A model generated the notes under the pieces. The model was given only the letters and a program-made list of their open reading frames with translations, did no database searches and had not been told where the DNA came from. From NCBI GenBank assembly GCA_039933515.1, contig JBDTNY010000022.1, positions 222-64,221 on the forward strand: a stretch of DNA of 64,000 bases. Direction: 5' to 3'. This stretch comes from Actinomycetota bacterium. Its GTDB lineage: Bacteria > Actinomycetota > UBA4738 > HRBIN12. This document shows, piece by piece, positions 62,309-64,000 of the stretch (position 1 is its first letter; each line of letters starts with the position of its first letter). The position numbers and the translations under genes were made by a program.

Positions 62309-63293
62309 CGTCGACGACGCCACCGGTCTTCCGCGCGTCCCCGGTACGGGCGTCGCGGTCCAGCGGCCGGTCCGATCCGTCACCACGGCGCCCAGCGCGC
62401 TCGAAGGGGAGGGGTTCCCCGTGCGGCGCGCGTTCGCCGGGGTCGATCTGGCGGACCTCGATCCGTTCATCCACATGGACCAGATGGGCGAGGTGGAGTA
62501 CGCGCCGGGCGAGCCCAAGGGCACGCCCTGGCACCCTCATCGCGGGTTCGAGACCGTCACGTACATCATCGACGGCACGTTCGAGCATCAGGATTCGAAC
62601 GGCGGCGGCGGCCTGATCACGAACGGCGACACGCAGTGGATGACGGCCGGTGCCGGCATCCTCCACATCGAGAAGCCGCCGGAGCAGCTCGTGATGAGCG
62701 GTGGGCTGTTCCACGGGTCACAGCTCTGGGTGAACCTGCCCAAGGCGCAGAAGTGGGCGCCGCCGCGCTACCAGGACCTGCGCGCGAGCGAGGTCGGCTT
62801 GCTCGCGTCGGCCGACGCCGGCGCGCTCGTGCGGGTGATCGCCGGCGACCTCGCCGGGTACCGGGGCCCCGGCGACACCTACACGCCGATCACCTACGCG
62901 CACGCGACGCTCGCGCCCGGCGCGCGCCTCGATCTCCCCTGGAACCCATCGTTCAACGCCCTCGCGTACGTCCTTGCCGGGCGGGGCACCGTCGGCGCCG
63001 AGCGTCGACCCGTGGAGATGGGCCAGCTTGCCCTGTTCGGCGCCGGGGAGGCGTTGCGGCTGGAGGCCTCAACGGCGCAAGAGAGCCGTTCGCCGTCGCT
63101 CGACGTGCTGCTGCTCGGCGGCCGGCCGATCGGTGAGCCGGTGGCGTGGTACGGACCGTTCGTGATGAACACCCGGGCCGAGCTGATCGAGGCGTTCGAG
63201 GACTACCAGGCGGGCAAGCTCGGCTCGATCCCCGCCGCCCACCACACGCCCGACGAGATCGTCGAGACCGGCGGTTCGCCGAGCCGCGACTGA
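62295..63293 (+). CDS. Pirin family protein
   Basis: PWHPHRGFETVTYIIDGTFEHQDSNG...MTAGAGILHIE...GSQLWVNLP is the cupin/pirin metal-site signature. Confidence 0.9.
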   Translation: MPAITVDDATGLPRVPGTGVAVQRPVRSVTTAPSALEGEGFPVRRAFAGVDLADLDPFIHMDQMGEVEYAPGEPKGTPWHPHRGFETVTYIIDGTFEHQDSNGGGGLITNGDTQWMTAGAGILHIEKPPEQLVMSGGLFHGSQLWVNLPKAQKWAPPRYQDLRASEVGLLASADAGALVRVIAGDLAGYRGPGDTYTPITYAHATLAPGARLDLPWNPSFNALAYVLAGRGTVGAERRPVEMGQLALFGAGEALRLEASTAQESRSPSLDVLLLGGRPIGEPVAWYGPFVMNTRAELIEAFEDYQAGKLGSIPAAHHTPDEIVETGGSPSRD

Positions 63294-63297
63294 GGCA

Positions 63298-64000
63298 TTA
63301 GGCGCGGTCGCGCCACGCCTGCATCCGCCGAGCGGACGCGACGTTCCCCTTGCGCTCGTACATCGCGAGCGCGTCCGAGAACGCGGCCTGGGCGTCCTCC
63401 CGACGTCCCGCGACCCACAGGATCTGGCCGCGGTACCTGACGGTGTCGGCGTGGAACGTCAGGTAGTCGGTCTCCCGCACTAACGCGAGCGCCGCGTCGA
63501 TGGCACGGAGCGCCTCGTCGTGCTGGCCGCGCGCCGATGCCACGAGGCCGCTCGCCCAGCCGATCGGAACGATCGCCCCGAAGTCGTCCGCAGAGGCCAT
63601 CGCGCACGCCTCCGCGATCAGCGGTTCCGACTCCTCGATCCGCCCGACCTCGGCCAGGAAGGTCGCGAGCAGCGACGTCATCGTCGAGTTGAAGCCCGTT
63701 TCGCCCTGGCGGTCGAAGAACGCCTTGGCATCACGCATCTGCGCCTCCGCCTCGGCCTCACGGCCGAGCCTCCAAAGGCTCTCCGCCCGGCTCTGGTTCT
63801 GGATGAAACTTTCCTGCGGGTTCCCGAGTTCGGCCCAACCACGATCGACGCGCTCGTACGCCAGGTCGTACCCATCAGCGTCGCCGGCCATCGCGAGGAG
63901 GCTGCCCGTGAGGGCGTCACAGCGGATGCGGCCTTGGACCCTGTCCCCCGTGACCTCCTTCATGCGTTCCACCAGGTCGAAGGCCTCGTTGACGGGCGTC
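63298..64000 (-). CDS. TPR-repeat C-terminal part of a larger regulator-like protein (5' end beyond the window)
   Basis: The reading frame stays open through position 64000 (...TPVNEAFDLVERMKEVTG...). TPR-like helical repeats run to the stop at 63298. This resembles the C-termini of large ATPase/TPR signalling proteins. Confidence 0.55.
   Translation of the reverse strand, partial: TPVNEAFDLVERMKEVTGDRVQGRIRCDALTGSLLAMAGDADGYDLAYERVDRGWAELGNPQESFIQNQSRAESLWRLGREAEAEAQMRDAKAFFDRQGETGFNSTMTSLLATFLAEVGRIEESEPLIAEACAMASADDFGAIVPIGWASGLVASARGQHDEALRAIDAALALVRETDYLTFHADTVRYRGQILWVAGRREDAQAAFSDALAMYERKGNVASARRMQAWRDRA

Noticed and set aside
1-64000. Searched by eye for tRNA/rRNA genes, transposases, integrases, phage genes and defence-system ATPases or nucleases.
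   Set aside because: I recognised none. The window looks like core chromosome with a few accessory-looking exported-protein and transporter genes. Covariance-model tools would be needed to exclude small RNAs.

Overview
This is a very GC-rich (about 70 percent by eye), gene-dense chromosomal segment with actinobacterial hallmarks. These include a cwlM-trxA-trxB-antisigma-ECF sigma-murJ-DUF6049-NUDIX-CCA block like mycobacterial Rv3907c-Rv3915, a PadR-ino1 pair, Ni-SOD sodN/sodX, an LLM/F420-type oxidoreductase and a PAC2 protein. I call about 70 CDS. Many share 4-nt ATGA/GTGA start-stop overlaps, which suggests operons. I saw no rRNA, tRNA, CRISPR, transposase or integrase. All family assignments come from motifs I recognise in the translations, not from database searches. 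Most long ORFs in the track that run antisense to these genes are GC-driven shadow ORFs, and many track ORFs start too far upstream, so I re-picked starts. The most interesting observations are four. (1) A minus-strand operon (37301-42456) is led by what reads as a compact cobalamin riboswitch. It encodes a secreted alpha/alpha-toroid (prenyltransferase-like) protein, a secreted DUF4430-like protein and a complete ECF transporter (T, fused A-A', S). The two secreted proteins together resemble a split transcobalamin, so I infer an uncharacterised corrinoid capture and uptake system. (2) A five-gene operon (50165-53977) encodes a small membrane protein, an ApbE flavin transferase, a ferric-reductase-like membrane protein with an unknown exo-domain, a NuoF-like flavoprotein and a ferredoxin. 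It lies next to a two-component system and shares phased CTCAG(G/C)C motifs with it, but has no obvious flavinylation target. (3) A patch of predicted secreted proteins lies at 19926-24872: an acidic DQG tandem-repeat protein, a TSP3-repeat protein, a Sec-type RTX-repeat protein and an anchored metzincin, the middle two carrying recognisable Ca-binding repeats. (4) Smaller oddities include a Doc-like gene with a degenerate Fic motif and no canonical start, a thioredoxin with a WCVPC active site, a PD40 propeller fused to a cupredoxin, and an orphan pilT inserted in a conserved block.
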